From Opitutales bacterium (GTDB lineage: Bacteria > Verrucomicrobiota > Verrucomicrobiia > Opitutales > Opitutaceae), in assembly GCA_044507675.1 (NCBI GenBank), contig JBIQJF010000005.1, forward strand, positions 14,708-78,707: a DNA stretch of 64,000 bases, written 5' to 3'. The notes under the pieces were generated by a model. That model searched no databases. It was given only the letters and a program-made list of their open reading frames with translations, and was not told the origin of the DNA. Positions 1-7,233 of this stretch are shown one piece after another. Made by a program: the position numbers and the translations under genes. Position 1 is the stretch's first letter. Each line of letters begins with the position of its first letter.

Positions 1-586
1 CATCATCCTCGCCTACGTAATCGTGCGCTCGAAGATTCGCGGACGCCAGATTCTGGACTTCCTCGCCATGATGCCGCTCGCCGTGCCGGGGCTCGTGCTC
101 GCCTTCGGCTACCTCGCGATGAGCCAGGACGGAAAGTTCTTCTCGTTCATCAATCCCGTCGCGGATCCGACCATCCTGCTCATCGTCGCCTACTCCATCC
201 GCCGCCTGCCCTACGTCGTGCGTTCCGCCGCCGCCGGTTTCCAACAGACCAGCGAAACGCTCGAGGAGGCCGCGCAAAACCTCGGTTGCCCGCCACTCAA
301 AGCCGTCTTCAGGATCACGTTGCCGCTCATCATCGCCAATCTCATCGCCGGCGGCCTGCTCGCCTTCTCGTTCGCCATGCTCGAGGTCTCCGACTCGCTC
401 ATTCTCGCGCAGAAGCAGGTCTATTACCCAATCACCAAAGCGATCTACGAACTCTTCCAACTCCTCGGCGACGGCAAGTTCATCGCCTCCGCCCTCGGCG
501 TCTGGGCCATGGCCTTCCTCGGCATCACCATCGCCGGCATGACCATCCTCCTCGGCAAAAAGCTCGGTGCTATCTTCCGCGTCTAA
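1..586 (+). CDS. ABC transporter permease, Fe3+/thiamine (FbpB/ThiP-like); 5' part outside window
   Basis: Hydrophobic helices plus EAA loop (LEEAAQNLG); LAMMPLAVPGLVLAFG motif typical of this permease class; frame is open to the window edge. Confidence 0.85.
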   Translation, partial: IILAYVIVRSKIRGRQILDFLAMMPLAVPGLVLAFGYLAMSQDGKFFSFINPVADPTILLIVAYSIRRLPYVVRSAAAGFQQTSETLEEAAQNLGCPPLKAVFRITLPLIIANLIAGGLLAFSFAMLEVSDSLILAQKQVYYPITKAIYELFQLLGDGKFIASALGVWAMAFLGITIAGMTILLGKKLGAIFRV

Positions 587-604
587 TAACGCGAACTGGC
601 GTTC

Positions 605-671
605 AGCGGTAAGCATTAAGCCAAACCATGAACCCGGCAGCTTTCTGGCTTAGCGCTTAATGCTTATCGCT
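605..671. repeat. Intergenic inverted repeat built from GCTTAAT-like heptamers
   Basis: AGCGGTAAGCATTAAGC (605-621) vs GCTTAATGCTTATCGCT (655-671): 17-bp stem, 1 mismatch. Confidence 0.8.
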
Positions 672-679
672 CATTCCCC

Positions 680-1519
680 ATGCTCTACCTCGTCCTCGTC
701 TCCCTCCTCTGGGCCTTTTCTCCCGGCCTGACCAAGGGGCTGACCGCGGGACTCGACAGCAGTTTTGTGGCGGCGGCCCGACTCACGCTCGCCATGCTGG
801 TGTTCCTGCCGTTTCTAAGACTCAAGGGTCTTGCACCCCGGCTCATGCTCTCACTCGGCGCGCTCGGCGCAGTGCAGTTCGGCGTGATGTATCTGGCCTA
901 TAACGAGAGCTTCCGCCACCTGCAGGCCCACGAGGTCGCGTTGTTCACGCTCACCACACCGGTCTTCGTCACGCTGATCGCCGACATCTTCGACCGCACT
1001 TTTCGCACGCGCGCCCTCGCCGCCGCGCTGCTCGCCGTCGGCGGCACCGTTGTCGTCGTTTTCCAAGGCCAGCATATCCGGCCGACGCTTTGGGGCCTCG
1101 CGTTGGTGCAGATTTCCAACCTCGCCTTCGCCGCCGGCCAGATCGGCTACAAGCGCCTGCGTGCGAAACACCCCACGCTCCGCGATCGCGAAGTCTTCGG
1201 CCTGCTCTACGCCGGCGCTGTCGCGCTGACGCTGCCCGTCGCCTTGCTGCAGATGGACTTCGCCGCCTTCACGCTGACTTTCGCCCAAACAACGACGCTC
1301 CTCTACCTCGGCGTGCTCGCCTCAGGCTTCGGTTTTTTCCTCTGGAACCTTGGTGCCACCAAGGTCGGCACGGGCGCGCTGGCGGTAATGAACAACGCCA
1401 AGATCCCGCTCATGGTCGCCATCTCGCTCCTCGTCTTCGGCGAATATGCCGACATCCCCCGCCTCTTCATCAGCCTCGTCCTCCTCACCACCGCTGTGTG
1501 GTTCGCCGAGAGACGCTGA
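680..1519 (+). CDS. EamA/DMT-family transporter (resembles E. coli YigM/BioP type)
   Basis: About 10 TM segments, two EamA halves; N-terminus LVSLLWAFS...AARLTLAMLVFLPF. Confidence 0.8.
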   Translation: MLYLVLVSLLWAFSPGLTKGLTAGLDSSFVAAARLTLAMLVFLPFLRLKGLAPRLMLSLGALGAVQFGVMYLAYNESFRHLQAHEVALFTLTTPVFVTLIADIFDRTFRTRALAAALLAVGGTVVVVFQGQHIRPTLWGLALVQISNLAFAAGQIGYKRLRAKHPTLRDREVFGLLYAGAVALTLPVALLQMDFAAFTLTFAQTTTLLYLGVLASGFGFFLWNLGATKVGTGALAVMNNAKIPLMVAISLLVFGEYADIPRLFISLVLLTTAVWFAERR

Positions 1520-1534
1520 GCCTCAGGCCAATTC

Positions 1535-1644
1535 GGATTTAACACAAAGGACACGGAGGGCTCAGAGGGAATTCCCCCGCCTCAAGCATCCGATCCGGAA
1601 TTTTCCTGTTTCCCCTGCGGTCTCGGTGACCTCCGTGTTGAACC
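1535..1644. repeat. Intergenic palindrome of 9-nt units (ACACGGAGG family)
   Basis: ACACAAAGG-ACACGGAGG-GCTCAGAGG (1542-1568); exact reverse complement CCTCCGTGT at 1630-1638. Confidence 0.7.
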
Positions 1645-1772
1645 TGCACAGGGTATTAGCCGGAGGTCATTCTGTAGATTCCGCCTTTGGCGGATTCCAT
1701 TGGTGGTTTCACCCGGTTCGGCACCCGCCAACCCGGACTTGCGAACGCCGGCTGGCCCGATTCGCTAGCCGG

Positions 1773-2594
1773 ATGCCAAGGATTCCTCTGGAGGACAATT
1801 TCACCGACGTCATCGGCAAGGCCCAACGTGGGCGCCAACTCAGCGATGCCGCACTCGCCGCTCAGGCCAAGATCACGCCCGCCGAACTGAAGGCCGTCAA
1901 ATCCGGCGAGGTTCGCGAGCCACCCTTGCGTGCCATCGCCGCCGCGCTTGGTCTCGGTCGCAACAGCCTCCTCGCCCACGCCCGCAAGGAATGGTATCCG
2001 GAGCAACCGCAGTTCCCCCGCGGCTTCGCCATGTTCAACACGGTGCACGAGGACATGACGGTGAACGCCTACCTCGTGTGGGACAAAAAGACCAAACTCG
2101 CCGCCGCGTTCGACACCGGCGCCGACGCCTCGGGCATTCTCGACACCATTGCCGCCGAGGGCCTCACGTTGCGCTATATCTTTCTCACGCACACGCACGA
2201 CGACCACGTCGCCGACTTGCCGCGTCTCGCCGCCACCGGCGCCGAGGTCTGGGCCAGCGAACTCGAGCCCGCGCCCATCGCCGGCGCGAAAACCTTTCAG
2301 GAAAACGCCCACTTCCACATCGGCGAACTCGCCATCAAGACGCTCTTCACGTGGGGCCATTCGCCGGGCCAAACCAGCTACTACGTCACCGGTCTCGCCT
2401 GGCCGCTCGCCATCGTCGGCGATTCCCTCTTCGCCAGTTCCATGGGCGGCGGGCTCGTCTCCTACGAGGCCCAATACCGCAACAACAAGACCAAGCTCTT
2501 CAAGCTCCCGCTCGACACTGTCTTCGCCTGCGGCCACGGCCCGCTGACCACTCTCAAGCAGGAGCGGAAGCACAATCCCTTCTTCGCGGGATGA
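1773..2594 (+). CDS. MBL-fold metallo-hydrolase (glyoxalase II-like) with N-terminal XRE-like HTH
   Basis: THTHDDH (HxHxDH), GHSPG, VGDSLF and GHG motifs; first ~75 aa resemble an HTH; ATG at 1773. Confidence 0.85.
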   Translation: MPRIPLEDNFTDVIGKAQRGRQLSDAALAAQAKITPAELKAVKSGEVREPPLRAIAAALGLGRNSLLAHARKEWYPEQPQFPRGFAMFNTVHEDMTVNAYLVWDKKTKLAAAFDTGADASGILDTIAAEGLTLRYIFLTHTHDDHVADLPRLAATGAEVWASELEPAPIAGAKTFQENAHFHIGELAIKTLFTWGHSPGQTSYYVTGLAWPLAIVGDSLFASSMGGGLVSYEAQYRNNKTKLFKLPLDTVFACGHGPLTTLKQERKHNPFFAG

Positions 2595-2614
2595 ACGATT
2601 CCCCAGAGGTTTTC

Positions 2615-2712
2615 GCCACGAAGAGGCACAAAGAACCCAACGGCCGGCGCAACGCACAAGGCGCCCATAAGCGCACGGAAGATCAAGCGCTGCGCGCAAG
2701 AGCCTTTTGTGC
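2615..2712. repeat. Degenerate intergenic palindrome, ~10-nt units (GCACAAAG-like)
   Basis: GCCACGAAGAGGCACAAAG on the left; CCTTTTGTGC at 2703-2712. Confidence 0.45.
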
Positions 2713-3059
2713 ACTTTCCCAGCCGCAGTGCAGGCTGGGCGACTGGCCCCGGGCTCACAGCAGTGAGCAACAGGGTGTGGCCAACCCACCTTGGTCCGAA
2801 CTTGGTGGAACCACTAATTCGTTTCGCCAAATGGTGAAACTTACAGTCTCCCCTCCGACTGATCATCTCCGGAATTGGCCCTTGGGGTCCGCTTATCGCA
2901 GACTTGTTCCCGACCGGCGATCAGCCGGTGGCCGGAACCCCTCGCTGAAGGCGATCAGCCGAAAGCTGACTTCGAAAGCTTCATCCTTGATGAAGCCCAT
3001 CAGCGGTGCCCCTGTCCTCTTCCGGTCCGATTTTGCGATTTTTGTGGCCACTCCTTCCC

Positions 3060-4424
3060 ATGTCTGAGCGCACCCACGATCCCTATGCCGCGCTGCGCCA
3101 CACGGGCTATCGCCGCTACCTGATCGGCAACTTCCTGGCCAACGTTGGCCGGCAGGCCTTCAACGTCGCGGCCGCCTGGCAGATCTACCAGTGGACCAAT
3201 TCCGCCACGGCTCTCGGTCTCGTCGGTTTGGCCAATGTCGTGCCGCTCCTCGCGCTCGTGCTGCCCGCCGGTGCGCTCGCCGATCGCGCCGAGCGCCGCG
3301 TCATCATCATGCGCACGACCATCGTTTCCACGATGCTCTCGCTTGCGCTGGTGTTCGTGACGCATTTCCACGCCTCGATCCCGCGCTTCGGCCTGCTCGA
3401 ATACGCCAACGACCTGCTGCACTCCATCGCCCTGTTCTTCGAGCGACACGCCGACCCCGCCACGCTGCGCTTCGACAATCCTGCGCTGCCCATCACCTAC
3501 CTGATCCTTTTCGTGCAGGCCTGCCTGCGCGTGCTCGCCGGACCCTCGCGTGGCGCCTTCGTCCCCTCGCTTGTGCCGCAGGCCTCGCTCAGCAACGCCA
3601 TCACCTGGACGTCCAGTTCCTTCGAACTTTCCACCGTTCTCGGTCCCGCCCTCGGGGGCTTGGTCGTCGCGTTCACCAATTACTCCACCGTCTATGTGCT
3701 CGATGTCATCGCGGGTGGCATCTTCGTCTGCATGTTGTTCGGCGTGCAACCGCTCGTCACCGGACGCAAAGCCGTGGGCCCGCGCACCGGCATGTTCGCC
3801 GGCGTGAAGTTCATGTGGCGCAACCCGAACATCCTCGCAGCCATGTCGCTCGATTTGTTCGCAGTAATCCTCGGTGGCGTCACCGCCCTGTTGCCCATCT
3901 ACGCCGACAAAATTCTCCACGTCGGTCCCGCCGGCCTCGGCTGGTTGCGCGCTGCTCCCGCCGCCGGCGCCATCGCGATGGCCATGTTCACGGCCCATCG
4001 TCCTTCGTCAAAACGCCCCGGGCTCATGATGCTCTGGTCCGTGGCCGGCTTCGGCGCCGCGCTCGGGTTGTTCAGCATTTCGACCACGTTCTGGCTTTCG
4101 CTCGTCGCGCTCTTTTTCAGCGGCTGCTTCGACAACTACAGTGTCGTCGTCCGCCACTCCCTCGTGCAACTGATGACCCCCGACAACCTGCGCGGCCGCG
4201 TCACCGCCGTGAACCAGCTCTTCGTCGGTTCCTCCAACGAAATTTCCTCCCTGCGCGCCGGCCTCATGGCCGCCCTCTTCGGCCCCGTCGTCGCCGCCGG
4301 CGTCGGTGGCCTCGGCACGATCGCTGTGGTCGCCATCATCGCCTGGCTCGCCCCCTCCCTCAAAAACGTCCCCCCGCTCCACCAACTCAAAACCGAAGCC
4401 GACGAGGAAGAGAAGCCGTTGTGA
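3060..4424 (+). CDS. MFS transporter (EntS/MFS_3-like)
   Basis: 12-TM pattern, GALADRAERR motif A, LRGRVTAV in the second half. Confidence 0.85.
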   Translation: MSERTHDPYAALRHTGYRRYLIGNFLANVGRQAFNVAAAWQIYQWTNSATALGLVGLANVVPLLALVLPAGALADRAERRVIIMRTTIVSTMLSLALVFVTHFHASIPRFGLLEYANDLLHSIALFFERHADPATLRFDNPALPITYLILFVQACLRVLAGPSRGAFVPSLVPQASLSNAITWTSSSFELSTVLGPALGGLVVAFTNYSTVYVLDVIAGGIFVCMLFGVQPLVTGRKAVGPRTGMFAGVKFMWRNPNILAAMSLDLFAVILGGVTALLPIYADKILHVGPAGLGWLRAAPAAGAIAMAMFTAHRPSSKRPGLMMLWSVAGFGAALGLFSISTTFWLSLVALFFSGCFDNYSVVVRHSLVQLMTPDNLRGRVTAVNQLFVGSSNEISSLRAGLMAALFGPVVAAGVGGLGTIAVVAIIAWLAPSLKNVPPLHQLKTEADEEEKPL

Positions 4425-4450
4425 CGGACTTGTTATTACCAATGCAGCAT

Positions 4451-4471
4451 TGTGCTACATCATGTAGCACA
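4451..4471. promoter_or_regulatory. Perfect palindrome, probable TA autoregulatory operator
   Basis: TGTGCTACAT-C-ATGTAGCACA; last base is the A of the ATG of the antitoxin remnant. Confidence 0.65.
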
Positions 4472-4530
4472 TGAGATCGACCACCGTTCGGGAATTGCGC
4501 AACAACTACTCCAAGGTGCTCAAATGGGTT
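4471..4530 (+). pseudogene. Truncated Phd/YefM-family antitoxin (first ~20 codons)
   Basis: MRSTTVRELRNNYSKVLKWV matches the Phd N-terminus pattern, then similarity stops; no toxin follows. Confidence 0.6.
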
Positions 4531-4707
4531 GGCGGCTGCACGGAGCATCAAAGCGACCCTGTTTCTGTCATTCGACGCCGACCAACGAAAGCTGGCCTCC
4601 AGCGCGAAATTGGCCGTCGGCCCGTAACCTGGCACCCATTCCAGTCCTTGAATTTCAGGTCTTGCGGAACGGTAAAAATTGACCCAAGTTCCGCGCTCGT
4701 TTGGTCC

Positions 4708-4782
4708 GGTGCGGTAGCCAAGTGGTAAGGCCGAGCTCTGCAAAAGCTCTATTCGGCGGTTCGATTCCGCCCCGCACCTCCA
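4708..4782 (+). tRNA. tRNA-Cys(GCA)
   Basis: Acceptor GGTGCGG/CCGCACC, anticodon arm GAGCT-CTGCAAA-AGCTC, GGTTCGATTCC T-loop, encoded CCA. Confidence 0.97.
4762..4782 (+). repeat. attL core (3' end of tRNA-Cys)
   Basis: CGATTCCGCCCCGCACCTCCA, identical to 12234-12254. Confidence 0.92.
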
Positions 4783-4838
4783 AATCGCAACCCCTCTGGG
4801 AATCAGAGTTTGCGATTCTGAAAGGTGTCAAAAAGCGG

Positions 4839-4862
4839 GAACGGACACCAAAACGGACACCA
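4839..4862 (+). repeat. Tandem GGACACCA repeat, putative integrase arm-type site (left)
   Basis: GAACGGACACCAAAACGGACACCA; 23/24 identical to 12114-12137. Confidence 0.75.
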
Positions 4863-4943
4863 GCTTTTCCCACTCCGGGAAGATTTGGCGTAACGGGAGG
4901 TAACTCGCCCGCTACCGCTAACCCAGCGGCTCCGTTTCCGGCT

Positions 4944-5120
4944 ATCCAAGGCGTCAGCCTGCACAGCTACCGCTACGCGTGGGCCGAACGAGCCAAGACC
5001 GCCGGCTACCCCGAGCGCTTCGCCCAGTTCGCTCTCGGCCACAACAGCAAGGCCGTCCATCGCGTCTACGCCAGGAAAGCGCAAGTCTCGTTCCTCGCGC
5101 TGGGGGACTACGAAAAGCGC
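4944..5120 (+). pseudogene. C-terminal stump of tyrosine recombinase/integrase
   Basis: LHSYR (HxxR), ALGHNS and HRVY (catalytic Tyr) motifs; N-terminal arm-binding and core domains absent. Confidence 0.85.
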
Positions 5121-5339
5121 GACCGCTGCACCGGTCATCCCAATTCCCGTATCGACCACCGATGCTTACACTGTAGGGCGGGGTCGCTGACCCTGCCAAG
5201 GTGGTCGCCGATTTCCACATCGGCGACTTCGGCTCCATGGGTGGAGCGACTTGACCCCAAGGCGCTTCTGGAGGTTTGGCTTCGGGAACCAGAGGGACTT
5301 TCACCTTGTCATACGGCCTAGTATCGCTTTGATATCACC

Positions 5340-5558
5340 ATGCCAAAAAAGCTGGCTGTCCTCCTTTCCGCCCTCGCTCGCGCCGGATTTATCAATCGGG
5401 GCGGCAAGGGCAGCCATCGCAACTACGAGCATCCTTGTGGCCACCGCATCACCGTCTCCGTGCACAAGGGCGAAGCAAAGCCCTACCAGCAACGGGACAT
5501 CGAAGAGGCGATTGCCGTTGCCGAGGCTTGGACCCCGCCAGGCGCGGACAAGAAGTGA
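5340..5558 (+). CDS. hicA: HicA-family toxin (mRNA interferase)
   Basis: 72 aa, GGKGSH motif, upstream of hicB. Confidence 0.85.
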   Translation: MPKKLAVLLSALARAGFINRGGKGSHRNYEHPCGHRITVSVHKGEAKPYQQRDIEEAIAVAEAWTPPGADKK

Positions 5559-5592
5559 CCCTTTCAGAACCCGAATCCGAACCCGAAAGACC

Positions 5593-5955
5593 ATGAAGAC
5601 CCGTAAATCATCCCATCTAAGCGCCGCTGCCAAAGCGGCTCGCTACATCAAATTCGTCGAATGGTCCGAAGCCGACCAAGTGTATATCGGCCGCTGCCCG
5701 GGACTCTTTGCCGGCGGTATTCATGGCGACGACGAGGCCCAGGTTTACAAGGAACTCTGCGATGTCGTCGCCGAGTGGATCGCCAACATCGAAAAGAACG
5801 GCCAGCCGCTACCTCCTCCGACCGCCGGAAAAAAATACAGCGGCCAGTTCGTGGTGCGCGTTTCTCCGGAACTTCACCAGCGAGCCTCCTTGAAGGCACT
5901 GATGCACGGCGAGAGTCTGAATCAGTTGGTCGCTCGCACGCTGGTCGAGGCCTAG
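5593..5955 (+). CDS. hicB: HicB-family antitoxin with C-terminal RHH
   Basis: VEWSEADQVYIGRCPGL (RNase H-like fold); YSGQFVVRVSPELH (RHH). Confidence 0.85.
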   Translation: MKTRKSSHLSAAAKAARYIKFVEWSEADQVYIGRCPGLFAGGIHGDDEAQVYKELCDVVAEWIANIEKNGQPLPPPTAGKKYSGQFVVRVSPELHQRASLKALMHGESLNQLVARTLVEA

Positions 5956-5985
5956 CACGTAGGCGGCCCCGCGAGGCGTCACAGC

Positions 5986-6405
5986 ATGAAATCTGCAGGG
6001 TTTAACTTCGCCCGACTGCCCAAGACCTACTCCGGTCTCGTTGCGCTTCACATGCCGCGTCCGATCCACGACAAGGTGGCCTACGACAACGCGGTGGAGG
6101 TCGTGCATGCCTTGGCCGGCCACAAGCTAAACCACGATCAGGACGACTACCTCGCCATCATGGCCAAGCTCGTCGAGGACTACGAAAGCGAGAACGTCGC
6201 GGAGCCGAAGCCGGTCAAGGGCATCGAGGCCCTGAAATTCCTGCTGGGGGAAAATGACCTTACCGCCGACGACTTGGGCGAGATCATCGGCGTCAACCGC
6301 TCCATCGCCTACCGCAACCTCAAGCGGGCCCGGAACCTCACCGCCGATCATGTCAAAAAACTCGCTGCCCACTTCGCCGTGAGCGCCGATCTGTTGCTCG
6401 CCTGA
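5986..6405 (+). CDS. higA: HigA-like HTH antitoxin, orphan
   Basis: PRPIHD..AY..A.E, LVEDYE, C-terminal XRE HTH and LAAHFAVSADLL; no higB upstream. Confidence 0.75.
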   Translation: MKSAGFNFARLPKTYSGLVALHMPRPIHDKVAYDNAVEVVHALAGHKLNHDQDDYLAIMAKLVEDYESENVAEPKPVKGIEALKFLLGENDLTADDLGEIIGVNRSIAYRNLKRARNLTADHVKKLAAHFAVSADLLLA

Positions 6406-6414
6406 CTGTTCCGG

Positions 6415-6466
6415 TGGAGGGTCGACCTCCCGGTCGACCGCGGCCCAGCGGGAGCCGGGCCCTCCA
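6415..6466. repeat. Inverted doublet of GGAG-tagged REP-like elements
   Basis: + copy GGAG-GG-TCGACC-TCCC-GGTCGA-CC-G (6416-6440); - copy GGAG-GG-CCCGGC-TCCC-GCTGGG-CC-G (6441-6465). Confidence 0.8.
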
Positions 6467-6479
6467 GTGGCGCAACGTT

Positions 6480-6807
6480 TTACACAGTGAGACTAAACTC
6501 CATTGGCTGGCCGATCTCCACCCGCGGTCGGGCCGTCTTGTTTTGGTTCTTCGTCCGCCAGTGCTGGCTCACCGCGTTGGTCATTTTTGCCAGCCAGCTG
6601 CGATCCTTAGTCAGTTCGAGCACATCCACCGCCGCGAAATACTTCACGCTGTTCGGTTGCGGGCGTCCCCAGCGGCTTGAGCAGCCGCGCCACCAGCCCC
6701 GGAACATCATGCGCCTGGCAGTTCAGCACCCAAGCCGTTTGCTCCGCAGTCAGCCGTGCCGGCAGTTGTCCGAAGAGGTTGAGGAAGCGTTGTTGGTCGT
6801 CTCGCAT
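6480..6807 (-). pseudogene. Frameshifted small putative DNA-binding (excisionase-like) gene
   Basis: MRDDQQRFLNLFGQLPARLTAEQTAWVLNC...LLKPLG in one frame appears to continue as NSVKYFAAVDVLEL...WRTKN in another; break near 6660-6690. Confidence 0.5.
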
Positions 6808-7233
6808 GGATTCAGTTGAAACCAGTTCCACCGCGCCAACAACATGCCGCACCCCACGAAATCGCGGTAGCTGCTCTCCCCTAAAAGCGGTAGCGGTCTT
6901 CCGTGGTTCGGTCGTCCGATGCGACGAAGAGTTGGGCAGGTCAGCGAACGGGAGTCGCTGAAAATGGCCTACGTTCGCGCGTTCGAATCTACCGTGATCG
7001 TGGTAGGAGATCACGGGCCCCTAAATGCGCGAAACATAGCGGCTCGGCTTCGCTGGGAGGGGCCGACGCGCGTAAAAGCGTGGCGCTCGCCGCCGCCCCC
7101 GTGCCCCCGGGTCGCGGCAACTAGTGCAAGAAAGCAATGCCCGAACGCGCTCTAGTCTGTCCATCGACTCGCCCATTTCACTGCGGAACCAACTCGGTTT
7201 GCATCGTATCGTGGAGCGGCGCAAACGCTAAGG

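Noticed and set aside
4701-5321. 206-aa ORF as an intact gene
   Set aside because: Its 5' part overlaps tRNA-Cys and the arm sites; only 4944-5120 resembles a protein (integrase C-terminus)
5565-5588. CCGAAY hexamer run between hicA and hicB as a phase-variation switch
   Set aside because: Only four degenerate units, intergenic; too short to support slippage-based switching
6820-7230. Small ORFs between the excisionase-like remnant and the helicase
   Set aside because: No motifs and several conflicting frames; probably decayed sequence
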